DNA of 15,316 nucleotides, taken from contig JARRQT010000143.1 in NCBI GenBank assembly GCA_037381445.1, positions 1 through 15,316 on the forward strand, read 5' to 3'. This document shows, in pieces, positions 1-7,813 of the stretch. The notes below the pieces were generated by a model. It had not been told where the DNA came from. It did not search any database and saw nothing but the letters and a program-made list of their open reading frames with translations. Within the stretch, counting starts at the first letter, position 1. Every line of letters begins with the position of its first letter. Source of the DNA: Calditrichia bacterium. GTDB lineage: Bacteria > Calditrichota > Calditrichia > RBG-13-44-9. A program made the position numbers and the translations under genes.

Positions 1-409
1 AAAACATTCCTTGATATCCGATTGATGATATAATACATTGGGTAAAATAATGAATATCTCAGGAATTAACCAAAGAATATCCTTTGGTCGTCTTTTTATA
101 AAAAGAAGGAATTTATAAGGATTCGTAACTTTACCATATAAAAATAATCAATTAGTTGTCGCTCTATTTTCCTTAAAATGATGGAAATAATTTGATTCCA
201 AAAAAGGAATTTGTGTCTTATTATGTCATAAGAAAATTTCTTATTCACTTATTAGTCGCTTTCTTTAGCCGATCTGGCCCATTTCAATATTGAATCGAAA
301 TTTGTTTTCCAATATCGAAGAGCTGCAAATAAATATTCTGTTTTTATGGAGGTAAGAAATAATTTCTAATAGATCCTATATTGATCCCAAAATTCTAGAA
401 AGGAAAGAG

Positions 410-2587
410 ATGAAGAACTTTTACAAACTAATAATTATGCTAATTATCAACCTGTTTTTCACACAATTTGCTTTCTCAGCAAAAACCTCAGTCCCCTATC
501 AGTATCTCAGTCCGGTTCCTGGTTCAGAAAACAATATGCGGGAATGCACCATCATCATCCGGCCCGGTGAATACATAGATCCCGGGAGTTTATCTTCACC
601 CGATCTGATTCAAGTAACCGGAACAAAAAGCGGTCAGATATCTGGAAAACTAATCTTATCGACAGATGGCAAAACAGTTATTTTTGACCCAAACCAAAAA
701 TTTAATCCGAACGAAGTTATCAATGTCAAAATTGGAAATCTATTAATAGCTTCCGGAGGAAATCAGACACCAGCATATGAATTTTCTTTTAAAATCACCG
801 CAACTAACGAAAAAACTCATTTACGCTCTCTTGAAAATTACTATGAGGACAATCTTCAAGGCGATATATCCGCGGATTTAAAAACAAATGAATTTTCACC
901 CCAGAATATTTCAGAAAATATAATCAATGATTCATTGCCGGAAGATTTTCCGAGTGTAACGGTAAATGCATTTGAGCATCCCTCGCAGGGTTATTTATTT
1001 GTGGGCTTCTATCGATTCCAGGCACCAAATTTCGGCCCCTCATTTGTATCTATTATAGATAATTACGGTACTCCAATTTTTTATAAAAAAGCTACCCGTA
1101 TGGCTACAGATATTAAGGTTCAGCCAAATGGTTTGCTCACCTATTTTATAGGCAACGCAAATGTATCTCAAAGCTATTTTTATGCTATGGATGAATCCTA
1201 TACAGTTGTTGATAGCTTTTGCACAAAAAATGGATACAGCACCGATCTTCATGAATTAAGAATCCTTCCAAACAATCATGCATTGTTAATGAGTTATGAT
1301 GGTCAATTGGTCAGGATGGATACGGTGGTTGAAGGCGGAAATCCCAATGCCTTTGTACGGGGTTTGATCATCCAGGAACTGGATAATGAAAAAAATGTAA
1401 TCTTCCAGTGGAGAAGTTGGGATCATTTTAAAATTACAGATGCTGACCCTAATATCAGTTTGACGGATAGTATCATCGATTATGTCCATGGAAATGCGCT
1501 GGAAGTAGATGATGATGGCAACATATTGGTTTCCTGCAGGAATATGAGTGAAATCACTAAAATTAACAGGGAGACAGGTGAAATTATATGGCGTTGGGGA
1601 GGCAGGAATAACCAATTTACTTTTCTTAATGATAACAGGGGCTTTTCTCTGCAACATAATATCAGGCGTATTGACAACGGTCACTACACACTATTTGATA
1701 ATGGGAATTATCATGATCCACAGTTTTCAAGTGCGCTTGAATACGAACTTGATCAGCAAAATATGACGGCAACGCTGGTCTGGAGTTATAGAGATTCAAG
1801 TATCTACAGCCCGTTTATGGGAAATGTTCAGCGGCTTGAAAATGGCAATTCGCTTATTGGTTGGGGGGGAACCTTTAATGGCACACCCGGGATTACCGAA
1901 GTAAGCGAAGATGGAACCAAACAATTGGAATTAATTTTCGAAAACCCATACATTAATTATCGTGCCTTCAGATTTCCCTGGAAGACTAATTTAATTTCAA
2001 CAGATGTTGATACTGTCTCATTTATTGATGTTGCTCAATATCCCGATACTGCTTCATTTCATTTGATTAATAATACACCCAGAGATATGCTGATTACTAC
2101 AGGTTCTACAAGAACTCCTGTATTCTCAGTTATCGATTCACTCCCGATATTGTTGCCTGCTAGCGGAAGTGTCGATGTTTCTGTTAAGTTCGATCCTGTC
2201 ACCGCCGGAAATATTAATGATGTCCTGACTCTTCGAGTAGATTCGGAAAATGAAGGATTTGGATGCCAAGTTTCTTTGATTGGAAGAAACGATTCATCAG
2301 GAATAGTGAAGGAAAATCTGCAAAAAAGTTTTGTGCTCCACCAAAATTATCCCAATCCGTTTAATCCTGCAACAACCATAAAGTTTGATTTGCCAAAAAC
2401 AAGTCGGGTGGACCTGAAAATATATGACATACTTGGAAAAGAAGTTGCGACACTGATTTCAGGTAAGCTAAATGCCGGCGCTCATAGCGTCAAATGGAAC
2501 GGGGTCGACATGGCTTCCGGTGTTTATTTTTATCGTTTGGAGATAGATGGTGTGGTCCAAACCAGGAAAATGATGCTCATGAGATAA
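410..2587 (+). CDS. Secreted arylsulfotransferase (ASST family) with N-terminal SbsA/Big_5-like Ig domain, C-terminal ASH-like Ig domain and T9SS type-A-like sorting domain
   Basis: Signal peptide MKNFYKLIIMLIINLFFTQFAFS. ASST motifs LHEL (H281), DYVHGNAL (H360/N362), LVSCRN (R377), LQHN (H416), LFDNG, GNVQRLENGNSLIGWG and YRAFRFPW. C-terminus F.LHQNYPNPFNP.TTI...ASGVYFYRL...RKMMLMR. SD-like AAGGA upstream of the ATG. Confidence 0.88.
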   Translation: MKNFYKLIIMLIINLFFTQFAFSAKTSVPYQYLSPVPGSENNMRECTIIIRPGEYIDPGSLSSPDLIQVTGTKSGQISGKLILSTDGKTVIFDPNQKFNPNEVINVKIGNLLIASGGNQTPAYEFSFKITATNEKTHLRSLENYYEDNLQGDISADLKTNEFSPQNISENIINDSLPEDFPSVTVNAFEHPSQGYLFVGFYRFQAPNFGPSFVSIIDNYGTPIFYKKATRMATDIKVQPNGLLTYFIGNANVSQSYFYAMDESYTVVDSFCTKNGYSTDLHELRILPNNHALLMSYDGQLVRMDTVVEGGNPNAFVRGLIIQELDNEKNVIFQWRSWDHFKITDADPNISLTDSIIDYVHGNALEVDDDGNILVSCRNMSEITKINRETGEIIWRWGGRNNQFTFLNDNRGFSLQHNIRRIDNGHYTLFDNGNYHDPQFSSALEYELDQQNMTATLVWSYRDSSIYSPFMGNVQRLENGNSLIGWGGTFNGTPGITEVSEDGTKQLELIFENPYINYRAFRFPWKTNLISTDVDTVSFIDVAQYPDTASFHLINNTPRDMLITTGSTRTPVFSVIDSLPILLPASGSVDVSVKFDPVTAGNINDVLTLRVDSENEGFGCQVSLIGRNDSSGIVKENLQKSFVLHQNYPNPFNPATTIKFDLPKTSRVDLKIYDILGKEVATLISGKLNAGAHSVKWNGVDMASGVYFYRLEIDGVVQTRKMMLMR

Positions 2588-2643
2588 GATTGTAGTCCCT
2601 TTATAACGATTATATATCAAGTTTTTTACTAAAGCCGGTAATG

Positions 2644-2683
2644 AAAGAAAAAAACTCGGCACAAAAGCCGAGTTTTTTTCTTT
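2644..2683. terminator. Intrinsic terminator, probably bidirectional
   Basis: Perfect 17-bp inverted repeat AAAGAAAAAAACTCGGC-acaaaa-GCCGAGTTTTTTTCTTT, 56 nt after the stop codon. The GC stem is flanked by A7 and T7 tracts. Confidence 0.9.
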
Positions 2684-2727
2684 TATGTGACTACTATATT
2701 AGTGCAGTATTCTTGGTTGATATGTTA

Positions 2728-2865
2728 ACGTGAATTCGACATAAATCAACGTAAGTCCAGTTGATTTGAATCCTAAAACTCACATTCGATGACTGGTTTC
2801 TTGGATAAAAAAGTATATGCAATCAAACAGACCAGCAGATTCGTGAAATAGTTGCATACACTCCA
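2728..2865 (-). mobile_element. IS982-family remnant: transposase C-terminus plus probable right end
   Basis: Minus strand 2865-2773 reads WSVCNYFTNLLVCLIAYTFLSKKPVIECEF*. This resembles the IS982 C-terminal pattern (H)RSxxNFxxNLxxxLIAYxxxxKKP as I recall it. It is followed by TTATGTCGAATTCACGT (2744-2728), a plausible terminal inverted repeat. Confidence 0.7.
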
Positions 2866-2889
2866 GGCAGCGAAGTGCGCAAAATTTCC

Positions 2890-3172
2890 TGACAAACCTG
2901 CTGGCCGGTTTTTTGGTGATATCCGAGGTTGATCCTTGTTAAGGAGCCGGATCGCATATTTGCAGTTATGGCCTCAAATATTACAGAATTCATCCGGATT
3001 AGCTATTTTGACGAATTTGGCGGATCTTTGATAGCGAGAAAAAATATTCTTCAGATAATTTTTTTAACTCTACTGTTCATAATGGCTAACCTCGGCCTGC
3101 GGCTTACCTAAATTTTGAGTCAGCGATCTGTTTTCGAAATGGCCAGGGTTACTTTTAATATGAGGCAATGCG
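2890..3172 (-). mobile_element. Decayed left end and N-terminus of an rve/DDE-type integrase-like transposase (ISNCY-like)
   Basis: From ATG 3080 (GAGG SD upstream): MNSRVKK/frameshift/NYLKNIFSRYQRSAKFVKIANPDEFCNI*GHNCKYAIRLLNK. This matches the recalled pattern EYLxxIxxRYxxAxKxxKxxILDEFCxxxGYxRKYAIRLLN. Internal TGA at 2976-2974. Two 25-bp sub-terminal direct repeats lie upstream. Confidence 0.72.
3101..3170. repeat. Two imperfect 25-bp direct repeats, 45-bp period (putative transposase-binding sites)
   Basis: GGCTTACCTAAATTTTGAGTCAGCG (3101-3125) vs GGGTTACTTTTAATATGAGGCAATG (3146-3170): 16/25 identical without gaps, immediately upstream of the transposase start. Confidence 0.55.
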
Positions 3173-3198
3173 TCCTTGAAAAATTCAATATTTTGTGG

Positions 3199-3227
3199 TT
3201 GACTTTTTCCTAACCGGAGTATAGATT
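3199..3227 (+). promoter_or_regulatory. Putative sigma70 promoter
   Basis: TTGACT-N17-TAGATT. A second candidate, TTGACT-N16-TATGTT, lies at 3384-3411. The AT-rich context limits specificity. Confidence 0.4.
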
Positions 3228-3525
3228 TTAAGCATTATTAAAAAGATTCTTACGGATCAGGGAAGTACGTTCTTTCAATTCTGACAGAAAATTCGATTTA
3301 GTTTTACAGGTCAAAATAGTTTGCTGTTCCGATTGGTTGTTTTATAACAAAAACAAAATGGTAATATTCAAAAACATTTGAAATTGACTAATCGTAGCTA
3401 TGATATATGTTGGCTTCTTTTGTTCATATAAATAAGAAATCTTAAAATAACTAATCCAGGCATCAAATTTAAACTGTTATGATCAAATCATTAGACAATT
3501 AAACATAGTATCGGGATATAAAAAT

Positions 3526-4992
3526 ATGAACTCAATTTTTGCGAAACAATTTTCCAATAGCATCCTAATTTTGGTTTTGACTTTTATTTCAACAGTTTAT
3601 ACACAAGTTGATATACTTTGGACAAAAAAATTTGGAGGAATTGGAACGGACAGGGGTTTTTCAATTAAAGAGACAGTAGACAATGGATTTATAATAACAG
3701 GAACTACATCTTCATTCGATGCAGGAAACCAAGACGTTTGGTTGATTAAGACCAATGCTTTTGGCGATACTCTCTGGACTAAGACATTTGGAGGAACTAA
3801 CTACGATGCGGGTGAATCAATCCAGCAAACTTTAGACGGAGGGTATATTATTGCCGGGATTACATCTTCATTCGGGGCAGGAAGTAAGGACGTTTGGTTG
3901 ATTAAAACCGATGCTTTTGGTGATACTCTCTGGACTAAGACATTTGGAGGAACAAATTACGATAGGGGTAATGCAGTCCAGCAAACTTCAGACGGAGGGT
4001 ATATTATTACTGGAGGTACATCATCCTTCGGTACTAGCAACCAGGATGTATGGTTAATTAAAACCAATACTTCTGGTGATACACTCTGGACAAAAACATT
4101 TGGCAGAGTTGGGTATAATGGTGGTTATTCGGTTCAGCAGACTTTAGATGATGGGTATATTTTAGTTGGATATAAATCTCCATATCCAGTTAGTTACTCA
4201 GACATTTGGCTAATTAAAACCAATACATATGGTGATACACTTTGGACAAAAACATTTGGTGGAAGTGAAGAAGATATGGGTTTTTCAGTCCAGCAGACAA
4301 CAGATGGAGGATATGTTATAGTTGGTCATACAGTATCATTCGGCAATGGTAATAGTGATATATGGCTGATAAAAACAAATGCTTCTGGAGATACACTCTG
4401 GACAAAAACATTTGGAGGATTCTATGATGATCAAGCTCGGTCAGTTCAGCAAACAACTGATAATGGATATATCATAACTGGACGAACATCTTCATTTGGT
4501 ATTTGGGATATCTGGCTAATTAAGACCAATACTAATGGTGATATAATCTGGACAAAAACTTTCGATGGAACAGGTTATGATGAGGGTTATTCAGTCCAAC
4601 AGACAACCGATGGGGATTATATCGTAGTTGGTGAGACAGACTCAGTCTATAATAGAAATGTTGATTTATGGGTGATTAAAACCACTTCAATGCCAAATAA
4701 AATAAAACAAAATTATTATACAAACATTTTAGACTTCACTTTGTATCAAAACTATCCTAATCCCTTTAATCCGGTAACAACCATTAACTATATATTAAAA
4801 AATAGCAGTTATGTAAAACTTTCTGTTTTTGATATAACGGGACGTGAAGTAAAGATCTTAGTTAATAAATATCAAAGTGGTGGTGAGTATTCGGTCTTGT
4901 TTAAGCCATCTAATTTAGCCAGTGGAATTTATATTTATAAACTGAGGATTGGTCCATTTGAGCAAACACGCAAAATGATGTTATTACGATAA
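3526..4992 (+). CDS. Secreted repeat (beta-propeller-like) protein with T9SS type-A-like sorting domain
   Basis: Signal peptide ending VYT-Q. Seven ~52-aa repeats (LWTKTFGG..D.G.SVQQT.DGGYII.G...SFG....D.WLIKT...GD). C-terminal F.LYQNYPNPFNP.TTI...ASGIYIYKL...RKMMLLR. Confidence 0.88.
   Translation: MNSIFAKQFSNSILILVLTFISTVYTQVDILWTKKFGGIGTDRGFSIKETVDNGFIITGTTSSFDAGNQDVWLIKTNAFGDTLWTKTFGGTNYDAGESIQQTLDGGYIIAGITSSFGAGSKDVWLIKTDAFGDTLWTKTFGGTNYDRGNAVQQTSDGGYIITGGTSSFGTSNQDVWLIKTNTSGDTLWTKTFGRVGYNGGYSVQQTLDDGYILVGYKSPYPVSYSDIWLIKTNTYGDTLWTKTFGGSEEDMGFSVQQTTDGGYVIVGHTVSFGNGNSDIWLIKTNASGDTLWTKTFGGFYDDQARSVQQTTDNGYIITGRTSSFGIWDIWLIKTNTNGDIIWTKTFDGTGYDEGYSVQQTTDGDYIVVGETDSVYNRNVDLWVIKTTSMPNKIKQNYYTNILDFTLYQNYPNPFNPVTTINYILKNSSYVKLSVFDITGREVKILVNKYQSGGEYSVLFKPSNLASGIYIYKLRIGPFEQTRKMMLLR
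3615..4686 (+). repeat. Intragenic tandem repeat array, about 7 x 156 bp
   Basis: GACGTTTGGTTGATTAA recurs at 3733 and 3889 (156-bp period). Segments 3733-3852 and 3889-4008 differ at 12 of 120 nt by hand count. Confidence 0.9.
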
Positions 4993-5100
4993 CTTTATAT
5001 GTAATCTCAAGTTTCTTTAGCTGCGGAATTATGCATAAAAAATTTGACAGTTTCAAACATTCTTTAATCTTGCTATATTTTTGTGAACACAGAAATATAA

Positions 5101-5273
5101 CAAGTTTATGTCAGTGGTAAAGTTATAAAATCTATTCCATGCAATGGTGGAGATGGCTTTGTCGTATGGGATGCGACAAATAATGCAGGCCAAAAAGTGG
5201 TGAGTGGAAGATACATCTATCAGTTGCATAGTTCAGGTATTTCAATTGAAAAAAGGCATTTTATTTGAAATAA
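5101..5273 (+). pseudogene. Orphan relic of a FlgD-Ig/T9SS-like C-terminal sorting domain
   Basis: Frame 5101-5268 reads QVYVSGKVIKSIPCNGGDGFVVWDATNNAGQKVVSGRYIYQLHSSGISIEKRHFI*, matching VYD..GK.IK.L...V.WD.....G..V.SG.Y.Y.L. A shift in the A-run near 5250 gives a typical KK...LK* end at 5273. In-frame TAA at 5098-5100 and no usable start. Confidence 0.7.
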
Positions 5274-5595
5274 TCAGCAATCAATGAAAAAGTTTGTTCT
5301 ATTCATACTATAATTTTAGGTTTGTTTCTATACGATCTCAAACGCAGATATAGATTTTTTATGCTAAAAGAAATATTCAGGTTCATAGCATCGAACCCAA
5401 ATAATCAAAAAGAAATATTTAAATTGAAAATCGCAAAATTGCTCTTTAAGATATAAGGGTCATTTTAAATTTCACATGGGTTAATATAACTTGATTGAAT
5501 TTTTTAAAAACAATAAAGTCAAAATTGAAAAAACAATTATTCATATTTATTCTTTAAATTTAGAATATTTAAGTTTGTTTTGCTGAATTTCGAAT

Positions 5596-5624
5596 TTGAC
5601 TCTGAGGATAATATATCATTTAAT
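5596..5624 (+). promoter_or_regulatory. Putative sigma70 promoter of the methyltransferase gene
   Basis: TTGACT-N17-TTTAAT, followed by SD-like TAGGGA (5635-5640) and ATG at 5650. Confidence 0.5.
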
Positions 5625-5649
5625 TATATCTAAGTAGGGATTCATTTTG

Positions 5650-6609
5650 ATGAGATTAGAATTATCACCTGATTTGATAGGTCTTTTAAGATGCCCCAAA
5701 TGCTACTCAGATTTATCAATTTCAAATAACGAATTGATATGCAATAATTCAACATGCAATAAGCATTATCCATATGTGAATAAAATTCCTATTTTAATTA
5801 ACGAAGAAGAGAGCATTTTTTTAATATCAGATTTCATCCATCACAATAATACTACTTTTAACTATACAGAAAATAAATTAAAAAAAGCGGCCAAATTATT
5901 AACCCCAAAGATTGGTAAAAATTTTAGAGCAAACGACAATTTCAACAACTTTTTTGAGCATATCTTCAAAAATCAAAAGAAACCGAAAATCTTGGTTATC
6001 GGTGGCAGTATTATTGGAGAAGGTTTATCCAAGCACTACCAAAATTGTATGATCGATTTTATTAGCACTGATGTTTCATTTGGTCCGACTACGAATTTGA
6101 TTTCAGATGCTCATAATATTCCATTCGGACAAAATACATTTGATGGAGTGATTATTCAGGCTGTACTTGAACATGTTCTTGACCCATATCGTTGTATGGA
6201 TGAAATTCACAGAGTACTGAAAACTACTGGATATATATATGTCGAAACACCTTTCATGCAGCAAGTTCACATGGGAAAGTATGATTTTCAGCGTTTTACA
6301 CATTTAGGACATCGACGGTTATTACGTCAATTTGAAGAAATTGAAAGTGGACCCACGGCTGGTCCCGGCACAGCATTAGCTTGGTCATACAAGTATTTTT
6401 TACGCAGTTTTGTAAAGAATAAATTATTAAAAGAAATTGTCATTTCTTTTGCACATTTTAGTGCATTTTGGCTAAAATATTTTGATTTCTTTTTACTAAA
6501 TAAACCAGGAGTGTTCGATTCTGCATCTGGATATTATTTTATTGGGAAGTACAGCAATACGATAATTTCTGATAAAGAAATATTAAATCAATATAAAGGC
6601 TTAGGATAG
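5650..6609 (+). CDS. Class I SAM-dependent methyltransferase with N-terminal Trm112-like Cys module
   Basis: N-terminal LRCPKC..DL......LIC....C...YP....IPIL. MTase region ILVIGG, DAHNIPF...TFDGVIIQAVLEHVLDP..CMDEIHRVLK.G..YVETPFMQQVH. ATG 5650 preferred over TTG 5647. Confidence 0.85.
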   Translation: MRLELSPDLIGLLRCPKCYSDLSISNNELICNNSTCNKHYPYVNKIPILINEEESIFLISDFIHHNNTTFNYTENKLKKAAKLLTPKIGKNFRANDNFNNFFEHIFKNQKKPKILVIGGSIIGEGLSKHYQNCMIDFISTDVSFGPTTNLISDAHNIPFGQNTFDGVIIQAVLEHVLDPYRCMDEIHRVLKTTGYIYVETPFMQQVHMGKYDFQRFTHLGHRRLLRQFEEIESGPTAGPGTALAWSYKYFLRSFVKNKLLKEIVISFAHFSAFWLKYFDFFLLNKPGVFDSASGYYFIGKYSNTIISDKEILNQYKGLG

Positions 6610-6624
6610 CCGTATAATTGAAAG

Positions 6625-7803
6625 TTAGATTATATCTTTTTCTCTACACATCTTAAGGTAATAGCGTTGTATTTCTTCCGCCATATATTTTTTGTCCCAG
6701 CGGTGATCAATAATTTTAAGACTTTCAAGTGCCATTGATTTTCTTAAAGTTGAATCCTTTATAATATCCATTACCCTATCAGCAAACTCTTGAATATTTA
6801 TGGGCGGGATTAGAAATCCATTAATCCCGTTTTTAATCACTTCTGAATTACCATCAATATCAAAGGCAACGAGCGGTTTTCCCAATTTAGCTCCCTGAAT
6901 TAGTACTCTGGGAATTCCTTCCCATAATGAAGTTAGACATACAACATCAAATATTGACATTATTTCTGCTATATCTTTTCTGTACCCTGTAAATATGATA
7001 TCTTCTCCTAAATTAAGAGCATGGACTTTTTCCTTAAGCTCATTTTCGAAACTGCCCGTTCCGACAATGACAGCTTTAGAATCAGGGAAGGATCTTTTTA
7101 TATGAGAAATAACATCAATAAAATAGTGCGGACCTTTCCGAGGTTCAAGGCGAGCAACGGTTCCAATTATGAATTTGCTCTCGTGCAATCCCAATGATTT
7201 CTTCATTTTAATGGCATCAAAATTTATGTTCTCAAATTTGCCTAAGTCCATTCCACTGTAAATAGTAGTATATTTTACTGCGCTCCCAATTTTCTCTTCT
7301 ATGGATTTGTTTTTAATGTTTTCTCCAACCGAAATAAATAGATCAGTATATCTTCCAACAAATCTCTCGAGCAGAACAAAAAATCTTCTTTGAAATTTAG
7401 GCATAAAATTATGAAAAGACAGACCATGTAAACTATGAATGATAATTTTAGTACCAGCGATATGTGCTGCCAAACGACCGACAAAGCCTGCTTTAGCTGT
7501 ATGGGTATGAACAATGTCATATTCATTTTTCAGAATTATCCTGATTATTTCTATTAATGCCAAGGTATCTTTGATTACATTTACACTTCTCACTAAGGAT
7601 TTTACAGTAATTACATTTATGCCTTGCTCTTGTACTTTTTCTGCTATTTCTGATTCGCCACCGATCAAAAGATCGCATTCAAATTCTGATTTATCCAATC
7701 CCTGAATTGTATAAATTGTATTTTCATCTGCTCCAGCTGCAATCAATCTTGTAAGGATATGTAGGACTTTTATGCTCATGTCAGAAGTTTCGCTACCTTT
7801 CAT
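6625..7803 (-). CDS. Glycosyltransferase family 4 (GT-B)
   Basis: KVLHILTRL..AGA, DIVHTHTAKAGFVGRLAA, VARLEPRKG, SLWEGIPRVLIQG...GKP. The start may instead be ATG 7779 (MSIKVLH). Confidence 0.92.
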   Translation of the reverse strand: MKGSETSDMSIKVLHILTRLIAAGADENTIYTIQGLDKSEFECDLLIGGESEIAEKVQEQGINVITVKSLVRSVNVIKDTLALIEIIRIILKNEYDIVHTHTAKAGFVGRLAAHIAGTKIIIHSLHGLSFHNFMPKFQRRFFVLLERFVGRYTDLFISVGENIKNKSIEEKIGSAVKYTTIYSGMDLGKFENINFDAIKMKKSLGLHESKFIIGTVARLEPRKGPHYFIDVISHIKRSFPDSKAVIVGTGSFENELKEKVHALNLGEDIIFTGYRKDIAEIMSIFDVVCLTSLWEGIPRVLIQGAKLGKPLVAFDIDGNSEVIKNGINGFLIPPINIQEFADRVMDIIKDSTLRKSMALESLKIIDHRWDKKYMAEEIQRYYLKMCREKDII

Positions 7804-7813
7804 TTTTCTAATC

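Noticed and set aside
1..100. Short frame with an in-frame TGA at the window start, and a 7-bp hairpin ACCAAAG/CTTTGGT (69-88)
   Set aside because: Too little sequence to define a gene. The stem is weak and the T-tract is offset, so neither a terminator nor recoding can be supported.
1040..2662. Small alternative-frame and antisense ORFs overlapping the ASST gene (1040-1252, 1286-1684, 1480-1677, 1548-1766, 2468-2662)
   Set aside because: They shadow a long, motif-rich CDS and have no recognisable motifs.
2929..3111. 60-aa plus-strand ORF with a hydrophobic tail (possible small membrane protein or toxin)
   Set aside because: It lies antisense to the transposase remnant, which explains the sequence better.
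3615..4686. Repeat array as a CRISPR array or a DGR template/variable repeat pair
   Set aside because: The repeats are in-frame 156-bp coding units without unique spacers. Differences are not adenine-restricted, and no cas or reverse transcriptase gene is in the window.
5043..5057. TTTGA-CAGTT-TCAAA palindrome as an FNR/CRP box or promoter
   Set aside because: The spacing is one base short of the FNR consensus, and no -10 element sits at 16-18 nt from TTGACA.
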